From positions 61,504,001 to 61,568,000 of the forward strand of contig CM060732.1 of assembly GCA_030704615.1 (NCBI GenBank): a stretch of DNA of 64,000 nucleotides, given 5' to 3'. The notes under the pieces were generated by a model. It did not search any database. It was not told the DNA's origin and saw nothing but the letters and a program-made list of their open reading frames with translations. How positions within the stretch are numbered: position 1 is the stretch's first letter; the number at the start of each line of letters is the position of its first letter. Below are positions 1 through 14,049 of this stretch, piece after piece. Source of the stretch: Takakia lepidozioides. Taxonomy: Eukaryota > Plantae > Bryophyta. The position numbers were made by a program, and so were the translations under genes.

Positions 1-3000
1 TCATTCCTAAATAGGTTTAGCACCAAAGATAGAATAGATTTTGTCCATTTATCGACTGCATAAAGTTTTCCCTCTCAAAGAATATCCTCTTTGAATGAAA
101 GAATTCATTTGTGATTCCTAAGTGTGAGATACCAAGATGCCTTTGGCTCCCAATCGCTGTAGCTGGTCGCGAATACATTCATGCACGAAGAAGATCGGAA
201 GGACCATGGTTGCTGAAGGTATGTTTGGACCTCCAAGTTACAATAAACTAGGGCACGTTATGTTGGAGATGCTCAATGCAATTTTCGAGATTTTTCCATG
301 TTAGGATTTCGTGCCCTTTTGATGACATTTAGATGTTCTACATCTGAATGTAAGCATCATGTTCAATATAAGGTACATGTAATATGATCTAAAAATGAGG
401 CATAAGCCAAAACAAAAATGGAGATTGGCTATGGCAGGGGGCAATGTGCGAGGAAGGCTGTGGGACAGTTAGGAAAGGTTGAAGCCTACATTCATCCAGT
501 CATCAGGAACTGCAGCTTATACTTGTTGAATTGTTCAACCACATTCATCGATGTCGTCTGCAATTGACAAAAGTTGGTGTGTGATAAATCTTTGGGTGTG
601 TTGTTGTAGGTGGTTTTTGGTAATGGCCGAATTATGTAGTAGAACTTATCATTTGGGTTGCACAATGTGACCGCTATTTCTAGCAACGGATTCGTCACAT
701 GCAGCACCACTTTGGCGACAGTTCGTGAATATTGTCCATGAGGTACTTTTAGTGTGATAGAAATATTTTCTTAAAAAGACATCTCATGTTTACTGTTGAT
801 GAACTTTGGTTGATCTACCTGTGCTAGATCTCAGAAGTCCTTCATTTGTCTGCTCAACTGAGGTTACCGAATCGGATTTAGAAACTCCACGACATTGGTC
901 GAGACAAATATGGGGGTAGAACTCCTCGCCAGTTGGCAAAATGTCATGGCGTCCTCATAAGATTGGGCTCATAACATGTCATTTCAATTGTAATCAATAG
1001 CTATGAGAATATACTAGCTTCACATGTGTCGTGCACAACTACATCGTTATCCAAACCACACAACACACATGTAATCACAAACCAATCTGCCACAATGATA
1101 TAGAAAACTGAACATCATCACTCATAAATTATGAATCAAGCCTAAGGCACCCTAAGCCATGGGGTTTCCATCTTTACTACGACAAACAGAAGCACACATG
1201 CTGCTGCAAGCTCGCCGCCGTGAGGCTCAACTCGAGAGAGATGAGCCTCACACGACGAGCAAGCAGATAAGTATGTGCAAGTGCCAATATAATCTTGGCA
1301 CCTCTTTTGTCACTTGGCCAGGTCCAAGTGCAAACTTATTAACTAGATATTATTCAGCTAGTTTCACACTAACAGTTCATTTAACTTGACACATGTAACT
1401 AAGTACGAATGAGGAGTTCATCTGGGGCTTTTTTGTGCAACCCTAGCTGCCTCTCAAATGATGCATAGCAGAATGCAAAATAGCAAACCTGAACCATTAT
1501 CGAAAAGTGAGGAGACAGTGAAAGCATAAACTAACCTGGAGATGAAGGCCTCCAATGGAGAGTTGTTATCAAATCCCAACCTTACCTAAAATTGGACCAT
1601 AGAAGTCATACAAATGTAGTGTAGGTCTTACTAACCAATTTTTTTGCCAAGTTTGAACATTTCAACTCAAGACTTGACTCCAACATCACTTCATTGTTGA
1701 TCTAACATTTAGCTCTGCTTGAGGTAGCCAACCATCTGAAAATAATACATGGAGTTGTTTTCCCCTGCATAAGTCTTCAGGCTCATTAGGGCCACTTGCA
1801 CGGATTTCATAAAAGGCCAACTTACAATACAACACCTGGTAGAGCTAGAACCAGAGACAAGCACAAGTTCAAACAATAGTTGCTCCCCCAGTTTTACCCC
1901 CTTAAAAGCAATTCTCGACCTCTCATACTTGTAAAGAGCATAGGCAATGATTTTTACCACACGTGAAAGTTTTGGAGTAAAACCGACAAACTAGGCATCA
2001 CGGTATCCATCTGAGGTTCTAGTCTTCCCTGCATACGGGCATCCAATTCGAGCTCTATGTCCAGTCCCTCGGTCCACCATTGCTTGGTGTCCCACCAAAT
2101 TAATTACGTCGTTTCGATCATGACTCCTAACATAGGGAAACAAGAAAAGAAAGAAACTTCATAACATGCAGGGGAAGCTGAGAGAGCTTATGAGACAAAG
2201 GAAATAGAAACAATACAGAAAAGTGTCCGCCACCAACAACCAGTCACCACAACCACAAACTACAATCTAACTTTAAGAGACTCGCTAAGGTGTAGAGCCT
2301 CATGTGGATGTGCTGTAAGACATCTCCGATCTTCAGGCTGCCTCTAATGAGGTAAAAGCAGAGGACAACAAAGAAGGAATGTTCGCCGCCGATCTCAAAT
2401 CTCCAGCCTATCTCATTCAGCACAAACAAGGGGCAACGGTATTTATCACGCGACAGCTACTCCCACCACATCTCATGCATATCGTCAAACTATGTTCATT
2501 GAGGATATCATTTGTAGCAGCTACCTGGATGCCTTTCATGCTCACCGCCATTCGTGCAAACTGCAGTGTTTCTTGTGCCTGAGATACAGACAGAAAAAAA
2601 GAGGGCACCATATAATGTATCACAATAGGGGCTGAAGGCTAATTGTAAAGAAACATCACAACTTGCAACAGCTTGCAGAGCTCTGAGACATCGAACTCAT
2701 CCAATACTACCCCTCGGCGTAAAACTCAGGTTATGCATGATCACAACATCCAACTTGTAGGGATCACACATCACGCAAAAGAGCGAAGGTTATGTGCTAA
2801 TACTAGGTCAAATGGCAGAGATTAAACAAATTTAGTAGCTCATCATCCCATATGACATCCTACTCGGGAATAAATAGTTGGAATAGCAATCAGACTTGAT
2901 CTTGAGCTGCTGTAACACTTTATAACATTCTGGAAAGTTCAATGATCTACAGCTTCCACTGCACAACATGGTGGTGGTTCACTAAAAAGGACTAGGGCTA

Positions 3001-3609
3001 TTTGTAAGACCCTTGCCGACAGTACATAAGTATACTTATGTTAGGGAGTAGTAACCCCGAGAACGGTACTGCAAGCCCGTTAAGTGACCAAAAAGCTAGT
3101 GAAACAAACAAACTAGCCGGAAATCAACCAAAGTGTGGATTGCCTACAAGCAAAGGGCTATGTTTGTGTCTGGCATCTTGCTGAAGTTCAACACCAGTAT
3201 TGAGTGGGAGTCTACAACATCAAATTTCTCATATCTGGGGTGCAAGACATGTCTATCTTTTGGAGGAACGGCGATGGGCTAAAAAGAGCGATGGGCTCTC
3301 TTGCTTTGGCAAAACATAAGAGGAAGGTGATAGTGAGAGGCATGACTCAGCACAACACACCAATCGGAGCCTTGACACGAGGTAAGGTCCTTTGACCACA
3401 TTTTTCCGGTTGACCTAAACTGTTGCATAGTCTCTCTCTGCAATAGAACCAATAATAAATTCTCAATGGTAACATATCTTCCTATCCACCCTTGCCAGTT
3501 TCGGAGGGCGACAAGATTCCTAGAAAGGCAAACCCTGTATACCCTCAGGATTACCGGATACGGCTAGTGCTGCTGCTGCGAGAGGAGGTCGGGGTGACCG
3601 GCTCTCTAC

Positions 3610-6600
3610 CAGTGTTGGTCTGGTATCGCGTTTTGGAGATACCACGAGTTTCCTGGTAGTATAAGAATTTAGAGATGTCCCAAACATGGGTATGCAATAA
3701 TAATAAAAAACCCGGATTTTGTTACTTGTAGGGTATCAATAATGCTAGCATTTCACTTTTGCCGACCTCGTATTAACAAGGGTATGAAAACCTTGATACC
3801 TGCTGATATCAACTTCGGGTAAAGTATCAAAAATTTACATTTTAGAGAGAAACACACACTGAATATTGTAGCATACATATGGAAACTTTTGGCCTTGCAT
3901 TTATAACTATTTTCACTGCCGCTGTTTTTCTTTCAAGCCACAAAGACTAATGCTGAATGTGACAGAGCTCTAATACAAATAGAAACAAAGCAATTGAAAT
4001 TAGGAACTGCCATAAGCTTATGAAATTTCTCCTGGTGGGTTATGCATATGTGAAGCTTATCAAATGATCTATTCTACTCTATGCCAAAATCTCTTTGGTT
4101 TGCTGTCAATTTCTTGTCCTCGCCAATACCCGCATGAGCAAAGTTAAGAACCAGATGATAGGGCTAAAAAATCAACATTGCAATGGAACCGAGGATCCCA
4201 AAATAAAAGCAAATTTGTGGTCACTCAAACACTGGCTAATCTGCTGGTGACTGGGTACATTGGCTACTCTTGCGATGCCTAAGTACAGTAGCTGATCTCC
4301 ACCTCAAGTGATAGATGGTGGTGTGTCATGTCTCGAAACTCCACACCTGTGAAGAGAACAAAAACACCCAAGTTAGACCTCAAAGTTCAAGTGGATGCGG
4401 AGTATAAGCATTGGTCAATATCAAACATAAACAATCAGCAGTTTAAAAATACTTATCAAATATGTTGATGCAGCCCAAACTCCAGCACTGCAACAACTCC
4501 ATGTCAGCAACCACTCCAACATCTGCAAGAAAGCAATCCTAGATTAAAACCACATACATTCAAAGCTGGAGACTCAGCCAAAATGCAGAAAAATAATAAT
4601 TTCAAAGTTCACAAGCCTACCCCTACTCGTCGTTCTCAAACAACCCTGCTTCCTCAATCAGCTCCTCGTTCTCGTCAACTAGTATGTCCTCATCCTCCAA
4701 GAAGTCCTTGAACTTTCCTGCTTCGACTAGCTTACAATCAACACGGGCATCACTGGGCCAATTTTTGTAAACCATCACCAATTTGTCCAGATTATCCACC
4801 CCCAGACGACATCGTCTAAGAGCAGTCAGCACACCTGCCATGGAGAAAATTCTCTCTATCTCAATCTGAGAACCAGGTATTCCAAGAATTTGACGAGCCA
4901 ACCACCCAACATTAGGGAACCTTGTCTCATGCTCAAACCACCATTTCATTGGATCCAATTTCTCCTCATTGTCAACGGGAAAGCGTAGGAATAAAGAAAG
5001 CTCAGCCTTCAATAAGTCCTCACTGGCCTCCTCAGTGGAGGCAGCCCTACCAAACAATCCATGCGAGGGTAGTTCAGGAGAGGGTAGATGCGGAGCTGTG
5101 ACACCTTTAGGGTTCAAGTGCTCAATCAAAGTGGTCAATAGTGGCAGCAATACAACTGAATTATATTCTTGCACCAGATGTTCAGCTGACATCCTACCAA
5201 TGTAATCAACAATGCACTGTAAGCCTTTGAACCGTGGATCCAACATTAAGGCTAGCATGTTATGTGCCTTGTTCTCAATGAAATATTCAGCAAATGAAAG
5301 AAATGGGCGAAGAACCTCTGTGACTTGAAGGGCCATGCGAGCATAAAGCAACTCTATCTCCACATCAAAAGATCCATATTGTAAGCGTGGCACATGAGCT
5401 GCCCCCACTTCCACAATCTTCCTCATCTCCGTCATGATAGCCAAGCCAGCTGAGAGGGCATCTGAGAGCAGCCAGTAACCCCTTCGCTGGTTCGGAATGC
5501 ATTGGTGCACTACAGGTGTCAAAGTGTCATCCACGGCTCAAGCTATGGCCCATGTCCGCCCAGTACTGGGAACCCTGGTTTGCGAGGCAGCAGATTGCCA
5601 TGTGTAGCAAATATTGATGGCATTAACATACGCCAACGTCTCCTGAAACATAATGAATTTCGATACAAATCTTGTCTTGACAGGGGTCCTAAGTTTTCTC
5701 TTGGGCAGGCTTGCATCCACACAGGCCGTCTCCCACTCCAACTTGCCCTTACCACTTTTCTTCGTCCAAGTGATGGTTTTTTGGAAGGCTGCATGAGCCT
5801 CTTTCAAGCTCACCTCAATCATACCACCACCGACCTTCTCCTCATTTGTTGCGTATTGGCATGTCTTAGACATGGCATGCCCAAAGCAAGACCTTGGATA
5901 GGGCTCTGACAGCTTCAGAGGATCACATTTCACCACTGAAGTTAGGGCAGATTGCAAAGTCGCAAGGTTAGCCCCTTCATCCTTTACATAAGCTATCACC
6001 TTGTCTGATAGCTTGAATTGAGCCAGCAGAGCTTTCACTTGGGCTGCAAGAGCAAGTCCAGATGTATCTGGAGCTTCAAAAATACCAACTGTAATATGGC
6101 ATGGACACCAAACCTCGTTGATAAAGTTAATCACAAGTGCAAAGGTATCATGCCCTGATCTTGACATCCACAAGTCAAAGGAGCAAGACACGGTGGATGC
6201 AGAGGCTATGGCAAGTAAAACATATGTGTCCATCATTTTCTTGAACAAAGCACGTAGATGATCTTTCACAAGAGTTTTCTGCTAGGGAATACAACCTGAC
6301 CACACTGTCTCATGATTAATCTGCGGAGCCAGGGATTCTCAACAACTGACAGGGGCATGTACCCTTTACAGACTAGAAGCACCAGATCTTCAATGAACCT
6401 CAGCTGGGCAGGATTATCTTTCTTGTATGGCCTACAACTACCAAAGAACGAAGTGATAGCACTCGGAGGCACAGACTGTCGTTTTTTGGTTTTCTAACGT
6501 TTATTGCTACCTTGATCTACAACAGTTTGCCTATGGGCTTTGTATTTTGCAAGATCAGATCCATGCTCATTAGAGACATGTTTCTTCATTGCAGTTATGC

Positions 6601-7457
6601 CATGATCTAGATTGTAGTTTACAAAGCCTTTTCTGGTTCTGGTTGAGTTACTAGAGCTGTGAGCATTCTCCACTGACACATAATGCACCTCATCAGTTGT
6701 GTCTCATTCATCTCTACCTTAACATCGTTCAGGACAAAAACCGCCCAACACTCAGAACCTCTATGATATGGGAGCCAAAATCCCTGATTGGCGACCAAAA
6801 CTTGCAAGCGCTGGCGCCACAGAGCCTCCTCCTCGGCAATTCGGTCCTCTTCCGCCTGATCACCAACTTGCAGGACCTCCTCACTTGTCACGCCTGTCTC
6901 CAAGTCCTCTATATCCTCCCCAGTAGATAGCAACAATGTTTCAGTCTCACTGATCTATAACGCATTGAAGAAATCCATCTCCCCTAGCTAACCTTGTCAC
7001 AAAGTTGATGTGAATCCCATAAAACAAGCACTCAACACTCAACCGCATGTAACGAGCATAAAATATGGGCAAGAGGCTCAAAGCAATACCTAAATCGGCC
7101 TCCTTGCTTGATGCTGCATTGAAAGCCAACAAACCACCTTCATTGCGATCCCTTCCGCAGCCAAAACCAAAGAAAGAATCTCACAAAATCTGCCGCTATC
7201 TCTAGGCTACGCGCATTGATACCTGAACGGCGATACCACCAACTGAGTTCCAGCGAAAAAAACAAGTAACAACATCAACAAAGGTGAGCCGAGACCAGTC
7301 GGCTAGGGTATCGGCCTCCCCGAAATCCTAATCATACCCTACAGGCAGGTTATTCTACGCATTTCCTTTCTATCTAGAACCGGCTGGTAGGGGCTTCCAT
7401 ACCTGGGTGCATAACCGGGTTGATACCCGTATTTTTGTACATACCAAACCAACACTC
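3610..7457 (-). mobile_element. hAT-family DNA transposon, full length with TIRs and 8-bp TSD
   Basis: The left end CAGTGTTGGTCTGGTAT (3610) and right end ATACCAAACCAACACTC (ends 7457) are imperfect inverted repeats. The identical 8-bp direct repeat CTCTCTAC flanks both sides (3602-3609, 7458-7465). hAT transposase fragments lie inside. Confidence 0.92.
4623..6936 (-). pseudogene. hAT transposase (BED finger, DDE core, C-terminal dimerisation domain) broken by stops and frameshifts
   Basis: Consecutive ORFs 6619-6936, 6494-6688, 6266-6472, 5538-6269 and 4623-5534 carry CWAVF..RCIMC..MKKH (BED-like), SFDLWMS, VKDEGANL, SCFGH, LRTPVKTRF, MLDPRFK and PMKWW..FPNVGWLARQILGIPGSQIEIERIFS. Confidence 0.88.
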
Positions 7458-9344
7458 CTCTCTACTCTCCCTCTCTCGCGCATGCAAATTCAGAGAACTC
7501 ATTTTGCAAAGCCCCGCCTGCCCGACCATTTGAGTGAATCGGGTGGCGGCCTCGGCTATGCCAGCTGGCTGGTCGTGGTCGGATGCCAAGTGTCTTGATT
7601 ACTAACGGGCATGAACGATGCCGCCGTGAAGTGCAACACGTTGGAACCGGCGACCGTGATCGTCGGCCGATGTGGAGCAGGCCAGGTCAGGTTCTGCTAC
7701 GTGCTCACGATAGCCATGGATCTCGTCCATGCACTCTCTTCTAACGAATCGGCTTCTTGTGTGGGAACCTCTCTTTTCCCTCTTTTAGATTTTCCCTCAG
7801 TTGATCTGTCTCTGTTTTCCTAAAAAGTTTTCTGTATGTACTGCGGCTTTTGTTGCGGCCTCCTTCCCCAGCTCTCCCAGCTGTTCTTGATATACTCTTT
7901 GTTCTTGATGTAATCTGTCTGCATTCTCGTAAGTTTGTGCCACCAATTGATTTCGAACACGGTTTGGTGTGAGGCCTACTGCTATTCCCTTCTCCAGCTG
8001 CTCATGAACCTTCGTTTCCGTATTGTTTGCTTTCTGAAAAGTTTTCGTCCTCAGGCACCACAGCATGCCCTCCGTCCATATCCAGTGCTTCGAAGGTGTG
8101 GAAAGGATCCTCCATCAATCAAGCATATAGTTCCATACTCATTTAGTAGAACTACTCTTCGATCAGAAAGTGACAAAGCTGGTCTCCGCTTAGTGGGAGG
8201 AGGAGAGTTTGTGGGATATGTGCGTGCGCGCAAGTCTCGGAAGGCAATCGGTGGGATGGAAATGTCACACCTAGTCCTACGTAAAGCCGACCGACACCAG
8301 TGAAACACGTCGATCACTGCCGAATTAGTCCAAGATTGCGGAAGCAGACCCTCAAGTTGATGTACAATAATCAATTGCCTCAAACCCAAGGGTTCCAGGT
8401 CAGATATCACCTCTCAGTATACAGCCTGCCTGCTGATAAAAGTGTTACTGAGGCACTGATTCTACTTCTTAATGAATTACTTGGCCTTTGTGTGGGTTCC
8501 TTGTAGTACTTGAAACAGAGATGTCAACATTTGGAAGCTCTGTCTATGTGTATAATCCTTGGTCTAATGACTGGATGTGTCTCTTTGTGCCTTGAAAACC
8601 ATTATTATGGTGGAGGTTAGAAACTTCAAGTCAACTGTTAAGTTTGGATTCATTTACTATTACGGAGTAAGGACATTTCACCATGCGTCTCCAAGGGCAT
8701 CTGTGGAGGAAATGCCAAAAGAGGGCAGGAGAGAGTGCAGGCATGTATAAAGGAAGACAGACAACCACAGATACACGATTCTGTCAGGTTCATCCATGAG
8801 AGAGGATGCCAAAGAAGCAGGGCAGATGCCATGAATCCAAATTGAAAACAGAGTGTATGTGCCTGTATCTAAGATCACTCAGGTCTATATTCTCAGAAGA
8901 ATGAACCATGCAAAATGATTGCACCTCAGCCAATGGTTGAGATTGAATTGAACCAGTTTCACATAATGAAATTTGAAGGCGATGTCATAGGAAATTTCGG
9001 TAATTATTTGAATCTTTTGCCTTCCAAATTTAATCTTCCTTTGCAACCAAGCAAGACCGGCTTACTGCTGACGACAGCATGTTCATCCCAGAGTATATGC
9101 AGAAGATCGCATTCCCTTGGTGCCTCAGATTCAGGGTCTCCAGTTGTAATCAACTATTTGTCTCTGTCTGGTACTCCATTCCCACTCCGAGAGGGCAAGT
9201 CACTGCATAAGCGCTCCTCTAAAGGCAGACTGTGCAATTGTATGTTAGTCACAAGTGGACTGGCACCAGCTGCTGGAAAAAAGATTAGTGGGGTTTCCTC
9301 TGTTGTGATCTGGGGAAATTTGGGCCAGTTCGTTGTTCAGGAAA

Positions 9345-10914
9345 ATGAGACACAGCAATTGGAGTATTCTTTTGGTTGTGGCCCTGGCATTGGTGGCACA
9401 TGGAAACTCTTACGTATGTGATCCAAAATGCAAGACAATCTGCGATGCTGCGGGCAGTTGCATTTGCAACCTTCCAAGCAATAGTACAATTTTATTGGGA
9501 GATCGCCCATTTGATGGGTAGGATCCACCAGCTCCAATTCACTAACTAGGTCTCAGTGCCACCATTGTTTGATTTGAAGAAGCATAGGTGCATTTTGATG
9601 CATAATTGAAGTAAGTTGAAGGTGTACTCATTGAGCATTCCTTGCAATATTTGTTCTAAGGCCTGTGGTATGTAGTCACCAGGTACATACTCAATGCTTA
9701 TCAGTTGTCTCATTTGTGAAGCCCAAAGAGACCACATTGTCTGTTTGTTCTTTTCTTTTGGCAAGGCAATAGTTCTCTCTCTCTCTCTCTCTCTCTCTCT
9801 AGCTTTTCTGCCCAAACTGGGCGCAGGGTCTATATCTACAAGGCTACGGCAACCAATGTCTCCTGAGTAAATTCTCTCGCTTTAGATCTCTGATAGCTGT
9901 CTGATACTGCAACAGGGGTGAGTATTGCGACATCAAGAGTCATCTTTGCAATGGATCCAACTCATTCTGGTGTGCGGACAACAATAATAACAGCACCTGC
10001 AAGGAGACACTGGCAGGAGGCAACTACACGTGTGAATGTGCTCTTGGGTATGCTGGTTCACACTGTGAGCTTCCAGGGACCATCTGTGGGGATGGTTTTT
10101 GCTTTAATAATGCAACATGTCTACTACAAGATCATTCTTGTGATTGCCCTCCTGAATGGAAGGGGAGTCTCAATTGCACCATTGCAACCAGCATTTCGGA
10201 GGAGCATCACCATGGTGGAATTAGGGTAAGCTCCACACTCTTCCTTCAGCATTGTTTACTGGTAAAAACTCTTTCTGCATTGGTTGGTTCAGCTTTGCTG
10301 AGGAGCACTGGAGAGGTTTTCATTAGAATAACTCTCTGGTCACAAATTCCCGTATGTGAACATTTCCCAGCCACACACAGGCCCCACGATTTGGGGCACT
10401 CATGCTCTGTAGCAATAAGTAATGGATTTGGAGGGTGGGAAGGGACATGAAATGTCTCATGATTTTACTTGCTGTCACCTTGTCCTTCCACACCTTGCGT
10501 TTATAAGAAGCCACGAGAGGAGACCGTGTCCCTGTTTGGAGTAGCTGGTCACCTCTTTATTCTGTTTGCACATCCCCCATTTTTCGGTCACTGGAAACTG
10601 GGCTATGGGAAGCATTACACCAACAGCTGTATAGTTCCACTTTCTGGTCAGCTAGTTTTCACCCTGATCATCTGACAAGTTTGTTTTTTTCGGTTCAGTG
10701 GTGGGTCTCTTTCTTGTTAGCAGGTTTAGTTGTGGCGGGAATCTCTGCAATCGCTGTGGTAGGCTTGTACATGTACAGGCAAAGGATGGCGGGCATTCTA
10801 CGGTTTCGGGAGCTTCAAAGTTCTCAGGTTAAGGGGCGGGCCGAATCTGATGATGATGAGTATGATAGTGACCCATATGAAGATGAGGTTACTAAGAGAC
10901 AACCAAAAGACTGA
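9345..10914 (+). CDS. Single-pass membrane protein with signal peptide and EGF-like repeats; exons 9345-9517, 9916-10225, 10699-10914 (232 aa)
   Basis: GT-AG introns have matching phases (2, 0). The product has a hydrophobic N-terminus (MRHSNWSILLVVALALVAHG), EGF-like Cys patterns (YTCECALGYAGSHCE; FCFNNATC..CDCPPEWKGSLNC), a TM helix (WWVSFLLAGLVVAGISAIAVVGLY) and an acidic tail. Confidence 0.85.
9773..9867 (+). repeat. (CT)n microsatellite followed by a ~55-bp LINE 3'-end fragment in intron 1 of the EGF-like gene
   Basis: CAAACTGGGCGCAGGGTC..ACAAGGCTACGGCAAC..TGTCTCCTGAG matches the reverse complement of the LINE terminus at 39390-39445. Confidence 0.7.
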
Positions 10915-11227
10915 ATCTCCCTAGTTATTGAAATGCACCAAGTGAATTTTATTGTTCTCTTGACTTCAAGGGTTTCACCAGCATTGGAATTTTTGCCGGA
11001 ATAACACAGCTGTATAAATTTCTGCTTACCACTACTGCAAACAATATTCCACAGAAAAACTAGCATTTGTCTTCACTGTGATAAGGGCCCTGTTAATTTG
11101 CTCTTGTGATGCCACTGTGGAAGGCGAAATCGAGTCATGTTTCTCAACACAAGTTTAGCCATTCTCTTGTGTCCAAGTTCTTTTCTTACTATGTGGTCTC
11201 AAGTCTTAACCTGGCCCTCCTTGGTAA

Positions 11228-11762
11228 AGGGGTTGGGTAGCATGTGAGCAGGCTCACACCGTTGGCGTGAGCACAAAGAAATATTTCGCATATTCTAGAA
11301 TATTCTTGAGAATATGCTATTGTGAAACCCAAATGTGCTCACGCAGCAAGAAATATGAAACTATCTGAAAACTGTGCTCACGTTAAAAAATTCATGAAAT
11401 TAATCGTCCAAAGCTTAAGGCCCGTGAGCACAATGACCCACAAATATATCTGCCAGAACTCAAAGATTAGCACACATAAACAATGTGGCATTTGGTAACA
11501 TTGTGTTTAGAACATCCTCAATAACCACCGAGAAAATGGGTTTTGCCAGCGAAACCCGCAAAACTTGTATTTTTTCCAGCGAAATTATATTCAGATTCGA
11601 TGTATCGCCTATTAGTGCAGTAAAGTCCCCATGTCCGCCTATTATTTGTATTTCCGCTGATGTACATATTACCCCATAACCGTGGATTCTGCTCACGCGA
11701 CGATTTTTTTTTGTGCTCAGGCAGTTTCTCTTAACTCGGTGCTCACGCGATACCAACCCCCT
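11228..11762. mobile_element. Non-autonomous TIR element (MITE-like) with repeated CGTGAGCA motifs
   Basis: The ends AGGGGTTGGGTAGCATGTGAGCA and GTGCTCACGCGATACCAACCCCCT are imperfect inverted repeats. There are at least 6 GTGAGCA/TGCTCAC motifs. No TSD was recognised. Confidence 0.55.
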
Positions 11763-11951
11763 CAAGGAACACGTAAATGAGCGGGACTTTGCTCTTAGTA
11801 GTTAAATGTACTCCGGAATTCATCCACAAATGATCATGAGTCCGTAACTCAATTTGCTAGCGCGTTGTGTGCTGCCAAAGTGGATTGGGGTTCAAATCCT
11901 GCTACTATGCTCCAAGGCTTATATGAAAGGGGGTTGATTTTTCCCCTCCTC

Positions 11952-12208
11952 TTAAGGGCCTGAATTGTGCAATCTGTCGCTCCCAGGACCGGGACCACTT
12001 GCAGATATGTGGCCGCCTTGTTTCTTAATCCTAACCACTACTAGGCCATCTCTAGGATGCTGAAGGCAAACAGGGGCAGAAACCCAAGGCAGAGAAAGAC
12101 AGCATACAGGGTTTGAGCCCCAAACCCACTGGCCAAGGCACAAGATGTCTCACAAGGGTAACATAAACCATTGCACTACGAGGGACGACTTCTGAGAATA
12201 ACGTCCGA
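11952..12208 (-). mobile_element. Possible tRNA-derived SINE-like repeat
   Basis: The minus strand has a box-A-like TAGTGCAATGG and a box-B-like GGCTCAAACC. A ~34-bp head motif recurs at about 46576. Boundaries are uncertain. Confidence 0.3.
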
Positions 12209-14049
12209 TAGATTGGCTATTTTAAAGTTTTATGAAAAGATGAACATTAATTGGCTCTCTCTCTTAAGAGAGACTTACACATCACATTAAAGTCAATGGA
12301 GAAAATGTGGAGGAAACCTGTAAGGAGGAAATCAGCACCACATTTCGTCCTGTCTACGGAGAGAGGCAGAGATTAGGTCCCCCATCGAAGGATGGATGAA
12401 ATGTGGCACCGCATTTCGTCCATAACATGAGATCATGCGGACATAATGGAAGACTTGACATTTCTTTACTTGCTATCTGGTCTAAAATACCATACGGTTT
12501 CAAGATTGGAAGACACTTATTTGGACTGGATACACTGCATGCAACACTATGTATATGCTAGAGTGACAATTCCAGAAATGTAATGAAGAGCTTTTACTCT
12601 AAGTAGGTCCACAACAATAATTTATCGATTCTGCTTACACCTGTAGCTGCAAATTACGCTCATAATTATGAGTCGAACCTATGAGTATGGCATTCACCAC
12701 GATGCTCGAACTCTCAATCGTGTGTCAACCAACCCATGTGTAACAGGGCTGCTCCAAGTAAACACCATGTCCGCAATTCGATCACCCTTGGTGTAGTTCA
12801 CGACGATGTCATGACTAGTCTCCAGAGAGAGAAGACTGCGGCCAAAGCCGTCGTAACTGAGAGCCACTTGGCCTTATGGCTACTGCCCCCTCTTAGGGGT
12901 TGACCCTATAAAGGAGAGAGGTTGCGCCTGCCCGTACCTAAGGTATAAAGGGCATCAAAAGTACAGAGGTACCTAGGATGCCGACGGAGGGTTGGATTCT
13001 AGTTGTCGTTTATTAGGGAACGGATGGATGTGAAGTGGATTTCTTTGCAGCATTTGTGGATGAAGGTGATGGAGATTTTGAAGTTATTGAATGCGGTGAA
13101 CTCTTGCTTAAGTGGCCTTGTTGCAGTAGCAGGCGCAGACAACAAGCTTGCCGCAGCTGCCATGGCCACCATTCTCTCTCCCAAAGCTTCTCCTTTCTTT
13201 CTTCCTTGCACTATTCGGATAATGTATCGGGCGTCATTTCGCCAGGCTCTTCTCTTGACCTGAACCGAGTATCTGCGGGTTCAGAAGTGTGACCTTGTAT
13301 TGACGGTCGAATGTTTATGTCGACTGTCTACTGAGGGTCATGTGAATTGATAAATGAAATCGTTCCCATTATAGACGAACGATGCTATAGTCTCGTCATT
13401 CCTTCGCCCATAGATGAAATTCGTATGTTTATGGATGAGCAGAACTGGAGAAAAGGAAACGGAATGGATGGACATTCCTCCATGAACGACAATTTGACAT
13501 CCTATGGATGCAACACCCGCTGGATGGATGAGGAATGAACAGCATCCACCCAGTTGAGGAGATAGAGTAGGTGGCGGGCCTCCCTCTGCCAGTTCTGCTC
13601 TCCCGTAACTTCATTCATTGTGCCCACATGTCATCCATCCACCCTGACCGTTTACCACCCTCCAATTATATACGATCTACTGCCGTATCACGAGCTGTCG
13701 ATCCATAGCGTACATGTACATTGAGAACACGAGAAATGTGTTCCCAAAGGGTCATCATGGCTAATGGGGCCCATAGTATCTTGTTAGTCTGTTGTGCCCA
13801 TGGAATGTCTTTTGGCTGCCCTAACCATTTCATAACCGACTCTGTCATCTTGTATACTATTTATAGGAACATACCTAATTAGGAGAATACTGGCTCTCCT
13901 TTCACTTATGAGTTACTATGGCATTCCATACCTGCCATCTTAGGGTTTCAGATTATACACAAAGTTACAAGACTCTAGTGGTGGTAAGAGAGAGATGAAG
14001 CCTGCGTCAATAAGAGCCGCTTCTGGGGGTAAGGGCACAAACTGTCTAA

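Noticed and set aside
1-3600. Possible decayed multi-exon gene on the minus strand
   Set aside because: Exon-like pieces exist, but I could not assemble a frame or recognise a family.
7797-8410. Minus-strand ORFs with a coiled-coil-like segment
   Set aside because: No recognisable domain. They probably lie in the upstream or 5' intron region of the EGF-like gene.
11850-11905. tRNA gene suggested by GGTTCAAATCC
   Set aside because: Only a box-B-like motif is present and no cloverleaf could be built.
12640-13211. Transit-peptide-like start (MAAAASLLSAPATAT..) of a minus-strand gene
   Set aside because: Downstream frames are broken and no family could be assigned with confidence.
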